Both the position numbers and the translations under genes were made by a program. Shown here one piece after another: positions 9,614-18,818 of a DNA stretch of 63,606 bases. The stretch is taken from NCBI GenBank assembly GCA_029553545.1, contig JAKPKU010000016.1, positions 1 through 63,606 on the forward strand, in the 5' to 3' direction. The notes under the pieces were generated by a model. The model was not told where the DNA came from and did not search any database. It saw only the letters and a program-made list of their open reading frames with translations. Each line of letters begins with the position of its first letter. The first letter of the stretch is position 1. Source of the stretch: Candidatus Cloacimonadota bacterium. GTDB taxonomy: Bacteria; Cloacimonadota; Cloacimonadia; Cloacimonadales; WRIO01.

Positions 9614-9639
9614 AAAAAAGGTGGCGATTAAGCCACCTT
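9614..9639 (-). terminator. Intrinsic terminator after etfA
   Basis: Minus strand AAGGTGGC-TTAATC-GCCACC followed by T6. Confidence 0.85.
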
Positions 9640-9673
9640 AGGGGAGTTCATATAGAGGAGGTATATGAGTTAT

Positions 9674-10687
9674 TTATGGGTTTACTTTTTGTAGCTCTTC
9701 AACAAGAGCAGGGATGAGTTGATTCACATCAGCAACAATTCCCAAGTCTGCGTTGTCAAAGATAGGTGCTTCAGGGTTTTTATTGATAGCGATAATCAAA
9801 TCAGATTCTTCCATGCCAGCAATATGCTGAATTGCACCTGAGATGCCGCAAGCTAAATACACATCAGGGCGTACTGTCTTTCCAGTTTGCCCAACTTGCG
9901 AAGACTGTTCTATCCAGCCAGCATCAACAACAGCTCTCGAGCCTGAGACTAAGCCGCCAAGCTCTTTTGCGAGGGTTTCGAGTTTTGAGATATTTTCTTT
10001 ATTACCAATTCCTCTGCCTGCAGAGACGAGGATATTTGCTTCTTCTATGTTTTTCTTTTCTGTCTTTTCATAAACAGTATCTAAGATTTCAATATTGAGG
10101 TCTTTTTCTGTAATATCAGCTCTGACACAATTGATCTTGAGAGGCTTTTTAACATCAAACTCTTGCTTTTGAAAGACACCTGGTCTGACTGTAGACATCT
10201 GTGGACGGTGGTTTGGACAGACAATTGTCGCTAAAATATTACCGCCAAAAGCAGGACGTGTCATTAATAAGTTTTGTGTATTATCTTCGATGTCTAAACT
10301 TGTGCAATCTGCAGTTAAGCCTGTCTTTAATCGTGCTGATAATCTTGGTGCTAAATCTCTTCCGATAGTTGTTGCACTGATCATAACTATCTCTGGTTTG
10401 TTTTCAATAATAAATTTTGTAATAGTTTTGGTATAAGGCTCTGTGCTATAATTTTCTAAATTGCGGTCATTTGTCATGAATATATTATCAGCGCCATGTT
10501 TTGCTAAAATTTTGCCATGTTGTTCATTAAGTCCATTGCCAATGAGCAATACCGATACATTACAGTCAAGTTTTGCAGCCAATTCTTTTGCTTTGCCTAA
10601 TAATTCAAATGTGCCATTTTGAATATTGCCTTGTCTTTGTTCGCCTATGACAAGTATACCTTTATATGCTTTTAAATCCATTTTCAA
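9674..10687 (-). CDS. etfA: Electron transfer flavoprotein alpha subunit
   Basis: TGLTADCT, RPAFGGN, QVGQTGKTVRP, GISGAIQHIAGM, AINKNPEAPIF. Confidence 0.95.
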   Translation of the reverse strand: MKMDLKAYKGILVIGEQRQGNIQNGTFELLGKAKELAAKLDCNVSVLLIGNGLNEQHGKILAKHGADNIFMTNDRNLENYSTEPYTKTITKFIIENKPEIVMISATTIGRDLAPRLSARLKTGLTADCTSLDIEDNTQNLLMTRPAFGGNILATIVCPNHRPQMSTVRPGVFQKQEFDVKKPLKINCVRADITEKDLNIEILDTVYEKTEKKNIEEANILVSAGRGIGNKENISKLETLAKELGGLVSGSRAVVDAGWIEQSSQVGQTGKTVRPDVYLACGISGAIQHIAGMEESDLIIAINKNPEAPIFDNADLGIVADVNQLIPALVEELQKVNP

Positions 10688-10690
10688 CTC

Positions 10691-11473
10691 CTAAATGACA
10701 TACTTTTCTTTTAATTTTTCAACTATTAAGCGTGCACCTTCACGAGCATCAACTTCAAATACTTTACCAGCTGTCTTCGCACCTTTTGTCTGAATCTTTT
10801 TAACTTGGGTAGGTGATGCCTTTAAGCCAGTTAATGAAGGGTCCATATCGATATTTTGGATATTCCAACGTTCAACTTGATTTTCTTTGTAAGCGTCGAA
10901 TATTCTGCCGACAGTCATGTAGCGAGGTTGATTTATTTCTTTTAAGACTGTGATCATGCAAGGCATTTTAATGCGTATATTTTGAGAAAAGTCTTCAAAT
11001 ACTTTTTTGACCTTTAAGCTATTTTCTTCTTTTTCAATACTTGTAACATAAGAAACTTGTGGTAGAGATAAGTGCTCTGCAATTTGTGGTCCGACTTGTG
11101 CAGTATCGCCGTCAATAGCCTGCCTGCCACAAATTATCACATCATAATCTATTTTTTTGATTGCATATGCGAGTGCAAGTGATGTTGCCCAAGTATCTGA
11201 GCCAGCAAAAGCTCTATCGCTTAGCAAGATAGCACGATCAGCACCCATTGCTAAGCCCTCGATTAAAGCGAGCTCTGCTTGGTCTGGTCCCATGCTCAAG
11301 AGTGTAATATGTGCACCATATTTTTCTTTTAAGACAAGCGCTGCTTCAATGCCGCTTTTGTCGTCAGGATTAATGATGCTGGGAACGCCTTCACGGATAA
11401 GTGTTCCCGTTTTTTGATCTATTCTAACTTCTGTTGTATCAGGTACTTGTTTTATGCATACTATTATTTTCAT
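10691..11473 (-). CDS. etfB: Electron transfer flavoprotein beta subunit
   Basis: IIVCIKQVPDT, INPDD, GSDTWATS, GRQAIDGDTAQVGP. Confidence 0.95.
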   Translation of the reverse strand: MKIIVCIKQVPDTTEVRIDQKTGTLIREGVPSIINPDDKSGIEAALVLKEKYGAHITLLSMGPDQAELALIEGLAMGADRAILLSDRAFAGSDTWATSLALAYAIKKIDYDVIICGRQAIDGDTAQVGPQIAEHLSLPQVSYVTSIEKEENSLKVKKVFEDFSQNIRIKMPCMITVLKEINQPRYMTVGRIFDAYKENQVERWNIQNIDMDPSLTGLKASPTQVKKIQTKGAKTAGKVFEVDAREGARLIVEKLKEKYVI

Positions 11474-11481
11474 CTGTCCTC

Positions 11482-12621
11482 CTATTTTAACATAGCTGCT
11501 GAGATAACCATTTTTTGAACCTCTGACGTGCCTTCATAGATCTCAGTAATCTTTGCGTCGCGCATCATACGTTCAACAGGGTATTCACGTGTATAGCCAT
11601 ATCCACCAAATAATTGGACAGCCTTTGTGGTTACTTCCATAGCGACTTCTGAGGCAAATAGCTTAGCTTGAGCTGCTTCAACAGAATAAGGTTGTTTATT
11701 TTCTTTTAAAAACGCTGCTTTATAGACTAAAAGTCTCGCTGCATCGACCTTTGTTTGCATATCAGCTAATTGGAATTGCGTGTTTTGAAAAGCTGAAATA
11801 GGCTTGCCAAACTGTCTTCTATCTTTTACATAGTGCACTGTTTCATCAATGGCTCCTTGAGCAATACCCAGGGCTTGTGCTGCAATACCAATTCTTCCAC
11901 CATCGAGGGTTTTCATCGCCAAACCAAAGCCTTTGCCTTCTTGCCCTAATAGGTTTTCGAGAGGAACTTTCACATTTTCAAAGATGAGCTCGCATGTAGA
12001 TGAGCCCCTTATACCCATTTTTAATTCATGTTTACCAATACTAAAACCAGGCATACCTTTTTCTAAGATAAAAGCAGAGATGCCTCTCGTGCCAGCCTTT
12101 TTGTCGGTCATTGCCATGACAATAAAAATGTCTGCAACACCTGCATTGGTGATAAAAATCTTTGTGCCATTGATCAAATAGTGGTCTTCTTTTTTCTCTG
12201 CTATAGTTTGTTGAGCAGATGCATCGGTTCCTGCATTGGGTTCTGTGAGCCCGAAAGCACCGATATGCTCACCACTATTGAGCTTTGGTAAATACTTTGC
12301 CTTTTGCTCTGGTGTACCAAATTCAAATATTGGTGCTGAGCATAGCGATGTATGCGCAGAGAGCACAACACCTGTCGTGCCACATACTTTTGACAATTCT
12401 TCAACTGCCATTACATAGGTAAGTATATCAGCATCTTGTCCACCATATTCTTTGGGAAAGGGTATGCCCATTATCCCATATTTGCCCATCTTTTGCACTG
12501 TTTCGCTGGGGAATCTTTCTTCCTCGTCGACCTCTTGTGCAATAGGTTTAACTTCGTTTATACTAAAATCACGAAAGAGCTTTTGTGCTAATTCATGAGA
12601 CTTTGTTAATCTGAAATCCAT
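11482..12621 (-). CDS. bcd: Butyryl-CoA (short-chain acyl-CoA) dehydrogenase
   Basis: GAFGLTEPNAGTDA, GTKIFITN, KMGIRGSST, LDGGRIGIAAQALG, IYEGTSEVQ; sits between kal and etfBA. Confidence 0.92.
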   Translation of the reverse strand: MDFRLTKSHELAQKLFRDFSINEVKPIAQEVDEEERFPSETVQKMGKYGIMGIPFPKEYGGQDADILTYVMAVEELSKVCGTTGVVLSAHTSLCSAPIFEFGTPEQKAKYLPKLNSGEHIGAFGLTEPNAGTDASAQQTIAEKKEDHYLINGTKIFITNAGVADIFIVMAMTDKKAGTRGISAFILEKGMPGFSIGKHELKMGIRGSSTCELIFENVKVPLENLLGQEGKGFGLAMKTLDGGRIGIAAQALGIAQGAIDETVHYVKDRRQFGKPISAFQNTQFQLADMQTKVDAARLLVYKAAFLKENKQPYSVEAAQAKLFASEVAMEVTTKAVQLFGGYGYTREYPVERMMRDAKITEIYEGTSEVQKMVISAAMLK

Positions 12622-12647
12622 TATCTCCCCTTTTTCAAAACTATATA

Positions 12648-13052
12648 TTAAGCTATTTCTTCAACTTTATTAAATCTTTGCTTTTCTTTTGGTACAACAC
12701 ATGTGCCAACTGCTTTACAAACTATTACAGGCTCATCGAGCAGTTCAGCAGCAGATTCTCCGTCTTCTGGGCGTGGGCAAATTACTTTCTTTGCTTCAAA
12801 TTTCATTTTTCTTGAGGTATTGCCAACTTTTGTTATTTCACCAGTAACTTCGATAAAATCACCAGCATAAACAGGAGCTAAAAATTCACACAATTCATAA
12901 CCAGCAAATAAACCTTCATCACCATCGTTACGGATCAATAATTCTGTTGCCACATCGCCAAATAACTGTAGCATTTTTGCGCCATCAACTAAATTTCCTG
13001 CATAATGTGCATCAGCTTGGCTCATTCTAATTCTTATCATTGCTTTACTCAT
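12648..13052 (-). CDS. kal: 3-aminobutyryl-CoA ammonia-lyase (hotdog fold)
   Basis: [49 protein letters not shown] matches the Kal N-terminus. True start is ATG 13052 after GGAG; the track's extension to 13277 is spurious. Confidence 0.88.
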   Translation of the reverse strand: MSKAMIRIRMSQADAHYAGNLVDGAKMLQLFGDVATELLIRNDGDEGLFAGYELCEFLAPVYAGDFIEVTGEITKVGNTSRKMKFEAKKVICPRPEDGESAAELLDEPVIVCKAVGTCVVPKEKQRFNKVEEIA

Positions 13053-13469
13053 CTCACAATCTCCTTTTTTATGTTTTCTTTTTACTATATTATATAACAA
13101 GTCCAATGCCAATCTCAAATGAAGCTTAAAACGCTTGAAATATAGAGAGATACAAGAATTACTGTAATTTTGAATCTGAACGATAACAACCAATACCTGT
13201 TCGTAATTGCACAATCGTGTGTTATTGAACACCTTAGCAAAATTCACTTTATTTTGTCTTTCTTGATAAAAAACCAAGCTAACGAATAAAGATTTTGTAA
13301 ATAATATGTCAAAAATGTTGAGTTAGATCATTTTAAAATCAATTGCTAAACCTCATAAACACTTGAAAAATTGATATTTTTAAAAAAAGTTTAAAAAAGC
13401 GCTTGACATATAAGTAATATAAAAAAAAGATACAAAGTAAACAATATTACTAATTAAAGGAGAAACAAA

Positions 13470-13760
13470 ATGACTAAAGCTGATTTAGTTAAACGCGTTG
13501 CACAAGATACAGGGATGTTACGTAGAGAAGTTGCTCAGATCGTAGATTCATTCTTAATCACTGTCAAAGAAGTATTAAAAGATGGAGAACACATAGAGAT
13601 TCGTGGATTTGGTACATTCGATACAAAAATGAGAAAACCACGCATGGGAAGAAACCCTAAAACTGAAGAAAAAGTACCAGTACCAGCAAGAAGAGTCCCT
13701 ACCTTTAAGTATTCAAGAGGATTTAAAGTCGAAATATTAAACAGCAATAACAAAAAGTAA
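13470..13760 (+). CDS. HU/IHF family DNA-binding protein
   Basis: MTKADL, IEIRGFGTF, GRNPKT, VPTFK motifs; GGAG RBS. Confidence 0.95.
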   Translation: MTKADLVKRVAQDTGMLRREVAQIVDSFLITVKEVLKDGEHIEIRGFGTFDTKMRKPRMGRNPKTEEKVPVPARRVPTFKYSRGFKVEILNSNNKK

Positions 13761-13773
13761 TTAGGGAGGACAA

Positions 13774-13863
13774 ATGCCTTGCGGAAAAAAAAGAAAACGC
13801 CATAAAATCGCAACTCACAAAAGAAAAAAAAGACTGAGAAAAAATCGTCATAAGAAAAAATAA
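13774..13863 (+). CDS. 29-aa basic peptide, bS22 / mS38 (AURKAIP1-COX24) family; absent from the ORF track
   Basis: GGGAGG RBS, then MPCGKKRKRHKIATHKRKKRLRKNRHKKK and TAA, followed by a terminator. Confidence 0.85.
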   Translation: MPCGKKRKRHKIATHKRKKRLRKNRHKKK

Positions 13864-13873
13864 AATGACTTTT

Positions 13874-13904
13874 AAGCTGACTCTCAAAGGGTCAGCTTTT
13901 TTTT
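13874..13904 (+). terminator. Intrinsic terminator after HU and the bS22-like gene
   Basis: AAGCTGAC-N9-GTCAGCTT followed by a T run. Confidence 0.88.
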
Positions 13905-13974
13905 ATAGAAAACTCTTGACCTATTGATCCAATGTGTTAAACTTGTCTAAAAAGAATAAGTATAAGAGGTAAAT

Positions 13975-14982
13975 ATGAAAATATTACTAACAGGGGCTGC
14001 AGGGTTTATAGGCTTTCATCTTTCTCTTCTCTTGCTTGAAAAAGGCTATGAAATTATTGGCTTAGATAATGTAAACGATTATTATGATACAAATTTAAAA
14101 GAAGATAGGATCAAAATACTTAATAATGTAGAGCGCTTTAGATTTTATCGTGAAGATTTGAAGAACTATCAAGAACTCTCTGAAATATTCAAAAAAGAAC
14201 AGCCAGAAATAGTAATCAATCTCGCTGCCCAAGCAGGTATACGCCACTCTATCACTAATCCCTTTGCTTATGTGGACTCAAACCTCGTTGGCTTTGTAAA
14301 TATTCTTGAGCTATGCCGCCACTTTAAAATAAAACATTTACTATTTGCCTCATCGAGCTCTGTGTATGGTGGCAATAAAGAGACGCCTTTTGCCACAAAT
14401 CATAATGTCGATCACCCTATCAGCCTTTACGCAGCAACAAAGAAATCAAATGAATTGATGGCTCACACATACAGTCATTTATATGGTATTCCCGTTACTG
14501 GATTGCGCTTTTTTACTGTTTATGGGGCGTGGGGGAGACCCGATATGGCGTACTTTTCTTTTACAAAAGATATCTTTGCTGGCAAGACAATTAAAGTGTT
14601 TAATTATGGAAAGCTGCAGAGAGATTTTACTTATATTGACGATATTACTGAGGGAATAGCAAGATTAATCAACCGCACTCCACAGGCAAATAATAGCTGG
14701 GATGAGCGTACAGACGGTATAAGCACAAGCTTTGCACCTTATAAAATCTACAATATTGGAAATAATCAGCCAGTGGAATTGTTGACTTTTATCAAAACAC
14801 TTGAAGATATTATTGGCATCGAAGCAAAGAAAGAGTTTTGTGAAATGCAGGCTGGTGACGTGTTGACTACTTATGCTGATGTCACTGACTTGCAACAGGA
14901 TATCGATTTTCACCCTAATACACCACTAAAAAAGGGTTTAACTGAATTTGTTAAATGGTATCGAAATTATTATAATTTGTAA
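13975..14982 (+). CDS. NAD-dependent epimerase, UDP-glucuronate 4-epimerase (CapI/Uge) type
   Basis: TGAAGFIG, NLAAQAG, ASSSSVYG, YAATK, LRFFTVYGAWGRPDMA. Confidence 0.9.
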   Translation: MKILLTGAAGFIGFHLSLLLLEKGYEIIGLDNVNDYYDTNLKEDRIKILNNVERFRFYREDLKNYQELSEIFKKEQPEIVINLAAQAGIRHSITNPFAYVDSNLVGFVNILELCRHFKIKHLLFASSSSVYGGNKETPFATNHNVDHPISLYAATKKSNELMAHTYSHLYGIPVTGLRFFTVYGAWGRPDMAYFSFTKDIFAGKTIKVFNYGKLQRDFTYIDDITEGIARLINRTPQANNSWDERTDGISTSFAPYKIYNIGNNQPVELLTFIKTLEDIIGIEAKKEFCEMQAGDVLTTYADVTDLQQDIDFHPNTPLKKGLTEFVKWYRNYYNL

Positions 14983-15040
14983 GATTGTGTAAAATATTGC
15001 TCTGAGATTTGCAAACTAAATGCAAGTAAGCATGCATATT

Positions 15041-15323
15041 GAGGGTGTCGATTAATGTATAATTCAGGTTTACAGACTTTAATAATACTGAAAGCTGAGA
15101 TCTTAGAACTGATAAATAACTGATCTGAGTCAACTAAGGATAGTTGTTGGTGAAAAAAAATCACCTGTAGATCCGCTCGTAGTAGGCATCTGCTGGTTTG
15201 GATGAAAATAGTTTTCAAAAAACACCATTTTGTAAGCCCTATATATATAGAGGGTGTTGTTTTTTATTTATGATTTTGTTTTATTCTTTTATAAGATATT
15301 TTGATTACTATGCAATAGCCTCA
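15041..15323 (+). repeat. Dispersed repeat R1, most complete copy (modules B + A)
   Basis: 15201..15254 matches the reverse complement of 26108..26161 at 53 of 54 positions; also aligns with 1..142, 144..267 and 39464..39535. Confidence 0.88.
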
Positions 15324-15339
15324 CATAATAAAAAAAAAC

Positions 15340-15367
15340 TTGACTTATTTTAGCCCCATGATAACTT
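15340..15367 (+). promoter_or_regulatory. Putative sigma-70-type promoter of the sugar-nucleotide genes
   Basis: TTGACT-N16-TAACTT with an extended -10 TG, 21 bp before the ATG at 15389. Confidence 0.4.
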
Positions 15368-15388
15368 GAATATAGCTAAGTTTTAAGG

Positions 15389-16096
15389 ATGAATATGAAA
15401 GCAATTATTTTATCAGGTGGATTAGGAAGTAGATTAAAACCCTTTACAGAGGTGATACCAAAGCCCCTATTGCCAATTGGCGAAAAGGCAATTCTTGAGA
15501 TTCAAATAGAGCATTTAAAAAAGCACGGCTTTGAAGAAATAATCTTAGCAACTAATTATAAATCAAGCTATATAGAAAACTTCTTTGGCAACGGCTCAAA
15601 GTATGGGGTCAAGCTCAAGATCAGTCAAGAGGAGATAGCTTTAGGTACGGCAGGTCCAGTCAAGCTACTCCAAGAAGAGCTGACAGAACCATTTTTAGTG
15701 ATGAACGGCGATATTCTTACACTGCTTAATTACAAAAAGATGTATGACTTTGCCACAAATAATTCATCTATTTTGACACTCGGAATCAAAGATATCATCA
15801 CTCCTTTCAGGTTTGGAAATATCTTTACTGAAGGTGATTATGTGGTCGGAATCGAAGAAAAACCGAATATAGAAACCACTATATTGGCTGGTGTGTATAT
15901 CTTTAAACCAGAAGTCTTGAACTATATACCCAGTGGCACATATTATGGCATGGATACGCTGATAAAGGACTTGCTGGCAAGCCAGATCAAGATCGCTAAG
16001 TATCAGATTTATGAGTACTGGATAGATATTGGGCAAATCGAAGACTATGAAAAGGCGCAAGAGGTTTATAATAATCATTTTAGGCAGGAAATATGA
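15389..16096 (+). CDS. Sugar-phosphate nucleotidyltransferase (LegX/PtmE-like, no CBS domain)
   Basis: AIILSGGLGSRLKP, PKPLLPIG, LGTAG, MNGDILT, WIDIG. Confidence 0.85.
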   Translation: MNMKAIILSGGLGSRLKPFTEVIPKPLLPIGEKAILEIQIEHLKKHGFEEIILATNYKSSYIENFFGNGSKYGVKLKISQEEIALGTAGPVKLLQEELTEPFLVMNGDILTLLNYKKMYDFATNNSSILTLGIKDIITPFRFGNIFTEGDYVVGIEEKPNIETTILAGVYIFKPEVLNYIPSGTYYGMDTLIKDLLASQIKIAKYQIYEYWIDIGQIEDYEKAQEVYNNHFRQEI

Positions 16097-17067
16097 ATAT
16101 ATTAGTTACAGGAGCTGATGGCTTTATCGGCTCGCATCTGACTGAGTTATTGTTGGATAAAGGCTATCATGTAAGGGCTTTATCTTATTATAATTCATTT
16201 AATTATTGGGGCTGGCTTGAGGGAATTAATCACTCTAATCTTGAGGTGGTTTCAGGCGATATACGTGACCCTTTCTTTTGCAATAAAATTTGCCAAGACA
16301 TTGATATTGTCTTTCACTTAGCTGCCTTGATTGCAATACCTTACTCCTATCATGCACCTGATTCTTATATCGATACAAATGTCAAAGGCACATTGAATAT
16401 TTGTCAGGCAGCATTGGATAATAAAGTAAAAAAAGTCGTGTCCACTTCTACCAGTGAGGTTTACGGTACAGCTCAGTATGTGCCGATTGATGAAAAGCAC
16501 CCCCTACAGGCTCAGTCGCCGTACAGTGCCAGTAAGATTGGTGCAGACGCTATTGCATATAGCTTTTATAATAGTTTTGAACTGCCATTAGCAATTGCGC
16601 GCCCTTTTAATACTTACGGACCTCGCCAGTCTGCACGTGCACTTATCCCTTCTGTGATTATTCAAATACTGAGTGGTAAAAAGGTGATTGAATTGGGCGA
16701 TCTGAGCCCTACACGTGACTTTAATTATGTGAAAGACATTGCCAATGGTTTTCTTGAACTTGCATTAACTGAAAAGAGTGTGGGTGAGACTGTGAATATC
16801 GGCTCCAGACATGAAATATCAATCTATGATACTGTGCAAAAGATCTGCAAAATAATGGGCAGCAATGTTGAAATCAAGACTGATAAGCAGAGGCTGCGCC
16901 CTCAAAACTCCGAGGTCTTTCGCCTTTGCTGCGATAATAGTAAGATTAAAACAATGACGGGTTACACGCCTGCATACACACTGGATATGGGATTAAAAAA
17001 GACGATTGAATGGTTTTCTGTGCCTGCTAATCTAAAACAATACAAAGCAGATATCTATAATATTTAA
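16093..17067 (+). CDS. NDP-sugar 4,6-dehydratase, LegB-like
   Basis: TGADGFIGSHL..YNSFNYWGWL, HLAALIAIPYSYHAP, STSEVYGTAQYVPIDEKHPLQAQSPYSASK. Confidence 0.85.
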   Translation: MNILVTGADGFIGSHLTELLLDKGYHVRALSYYNSFNYWGWLEGINHSNLEVVSGDIRDPFFCNKICQDIDIVFHLAALIAIPYSYHAPDSYIDTNVKGTLNICQAALDNKVKKVVSTSTSEVYGTAQYVPIDEKHPLQAQSPYSASKIGADAIAYSFYNSFELPLAIARPFNTYGPRQSARALIPSVIIQILSGKKVIELGDLSPTRDFNYVKDIANGFLELALTEKSVGETVNIGSRHEISIYDTVQKICKIMGSNVEIKTDKQRLRPQNSEVFRLCCDNSKIKTMTGYTPAYTLDMGLKKTIEWFSVPANLKQYKADIYNI

Positions 17068-17076
17068 GAAGGTTTT

Positions 17077-18210
17077 ATGTATAAAGTGCCTTTATTTGAC
17101 TTGAATTTTGGAGAAGAAGAAGCAAAAGCCGCTTATGATACAATTAAAAGCGGATGGATCTCGACTGGTGCGAAGTGTCTATCTTTTGAAGAAAGATTCG
17201 CTAATATGCTCGGGGCAAAACATGCATTGACCCTAGCTAATTGCACGACAGCTCTGCATCTTGCCATGATATTATGTGGTGTAAAAGCAGGCGATGAAGT
17301 GCTTTGTCCTTCTTTGAGCTTTGTTGCCACAGCCAATGTAATCAAGTATGTAGGTGCAAAGCCTGTATTCTGTGATATAGCTGGTCTTGACAACTTGACT
17401 ATCGCAGCCGACGAAATTGAAAAGAAGATAAGCCCCAAAACAAAAGCTATCATTGTCATGCATTTTGGTGGCTTTGCCTGTGAAATGGAGAAGATAGTAG
17501 CTATTTCCAAAAAGCACAAGATTATGATAGTGGAAGACGCTTGCCATGCGCCACTCTCTGTTTATCAAGGGAAAAAGCTGGGGACTATTGGCGATATCGG
17601 TTGTTTTAGTTTCTTTTCTAATAAGAATATTAGTACGGGTGAAGGCGGTATGCTGATTACTGATAATGAAGAGATCTATAAGAGAGCAAAGCTTTTACGC
17701 TCGCATGGAATGACAACTATGTCCTATCAACGGGCAAGCGGGCATGCAACAGAGTATGATGTCATAGATTTGGGCTATAATTATCGTCTGGACGATATTC
17801 ATGCAGCGATTGGATTGGCTCAGCTCGACAAATTAGAGCAAGATTTACATAAGAGAGTGGCTTTAAGAGAGCGATATATCAGTCATTTAAAAGAGAGTGA
17901 TAAGATTATCATTCCATTTAAAGACTATCAAGAATTTAGCACAAATTACATCTTTACAGTTGTTTTAAAAGACTCAAATAAAGAGAAAAGAGATCTTATG
18001 AGAAGCAAATTAGCAGAGAGTGGGATTCAAACAAGTGTGCATTATCCCGCTATTCACCGCTTTTCAATTTATGAAAAAGAGAGGACAAGCTTGCCTCTCA
18101 CAGAGTATGTCTCAGACAACCTCATTACCCTGCCAATGTATGGAAATCTAAAGATAGAGGCTGTTGACTTTGTCTGCGAGACTTTTTTGAAGATATTGGG
18201 TGAAATATGA
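17077..18210 (+). CDS. DegT/DnrJ/EryC1/StrS sugar aminotransferase
   Basis: SGWIS, NCTTALH, EDACHA, FSFFSNKNISTGEGG (PLP Lys), GYNYRL. Confidence 0.92.
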   Translation: MYKVPLFDLNFGEEEAKAAYDTIKSGWISTGAKCLSFEERFANMLGAKHALTLANCTTALHLAMILCGVKAGDEVLCPSLSFVATANVIKYVGAKPVFCDIAGLDNLTIAADEIEKKISPKTKAIIVMHFGGFACEMEKIVAISKKHKIMIVEDACHAPLSVYQGKKLGTIGDIGCFSFFSNKNISTGEGGMLITDNEEIYKRAKLLRSHGMTTMSYQRASGHATEYDVIDLGYNYRLDDIHAAIGLAQLDKLEQDLHKRVALRERYISHLKESDKIIIPFKDYQEFSTNYIFTVVLKDSNKEKRDLMRSKLAESGIQTSVHYPAIHRFSIYEKERTSLPLTEYVSDNLITLPMYGNLKIEAVDFVCETFLKILGEI

Positions 18211-18815
18211 AAATAGTGATAGTTGGCGCCTTTCACGAGTTTATCGAGCTGGCAGAAGACAGTGGCTATGAAATTTATGGGCTGATTGATAATTTTAAAA
18301 AGGGTGAATATCTGGGCTATCCCATTATTTGTGCAGATGATGAAATAGACCAATATGCTCAAGATTTACTGAAATACCCGCTGATAATTAGCCCTGATAA
18401 GCCTGCAATCAGAGAGAAGCTTTATTGCTATTATCAAGCTAAAGGATTTCGTTTTCCCCAGCTTATTTCTCAAGAGGCTAAAATCTCTAAAACCGCCACT
18501 ATTAACGAAGGCGTGGTAGTTCAGTACGGTGTAAATATCTCTTCTATGGCTAATCTTGGTAAATTTGTCAAACTCAATACCAATGCGAATATCATGCATG
18601 ATACGGTTCTTGGCGACTTTACTACCATTGCTCCAAACGCCGTTGTGCTTGGGCATGTGAAGATAGGTAATTCATGCTATGTAGGCGCAAATTCGACTAT
18701 TTTGCCCACAATTAATATCGGCAATAATACCATTATCGGTGCTGGCGCTGTTGTGACAAGAGATGTTGAAGAAAACTCGACATATGTTGGTGTGCCTGCA
18801 AAGAGAATTAAATAA
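18207..18815 (+). CDS. Hexapeptide-repeat acetyltransferase (PglD/NeuD/LegH-like)
   Basis: Left-handed beta-helix repeats, IMHD, IGAGAVV, YVGVPAK. Confidence 0.88.
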   Translation: MKIVIVGAFHEFIELAEDSGYEIYGLIDNFKKGEYLGYPIICADDEIDQYAQDLLKYPLIISPDKPAIREKLYCYYQAKGFRFPQLISQEAKISKTATINEGVVVQYGVNISSMANLGKFVKLNTNANIMHDTVLGDFTTIAPNAVVLGHVKIGNSCYVGANSTILPTINIGNNTIIGAGAVVTRDVEENSTYVGVPAKRIK

Positions 18816-18818
18816 TAT

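Noticed and set aside
13053-13277. N-terminal extension of kal, or a lysine riboswitch in this leader
   Set aside because: The RBS supports ATG 13052; the leader is AT-rich and lacks the lysine riboswitch AGAGG/GAAAGG/GCCGAA elements.
15250-15322. Invertible promoter (Bacteroides-style phase variation) for the sugar cluster
   Set aside because: The inverted repeats match at only 8 of 10 positions, the plausible promoter lies outside them, and no invertase is in the window.
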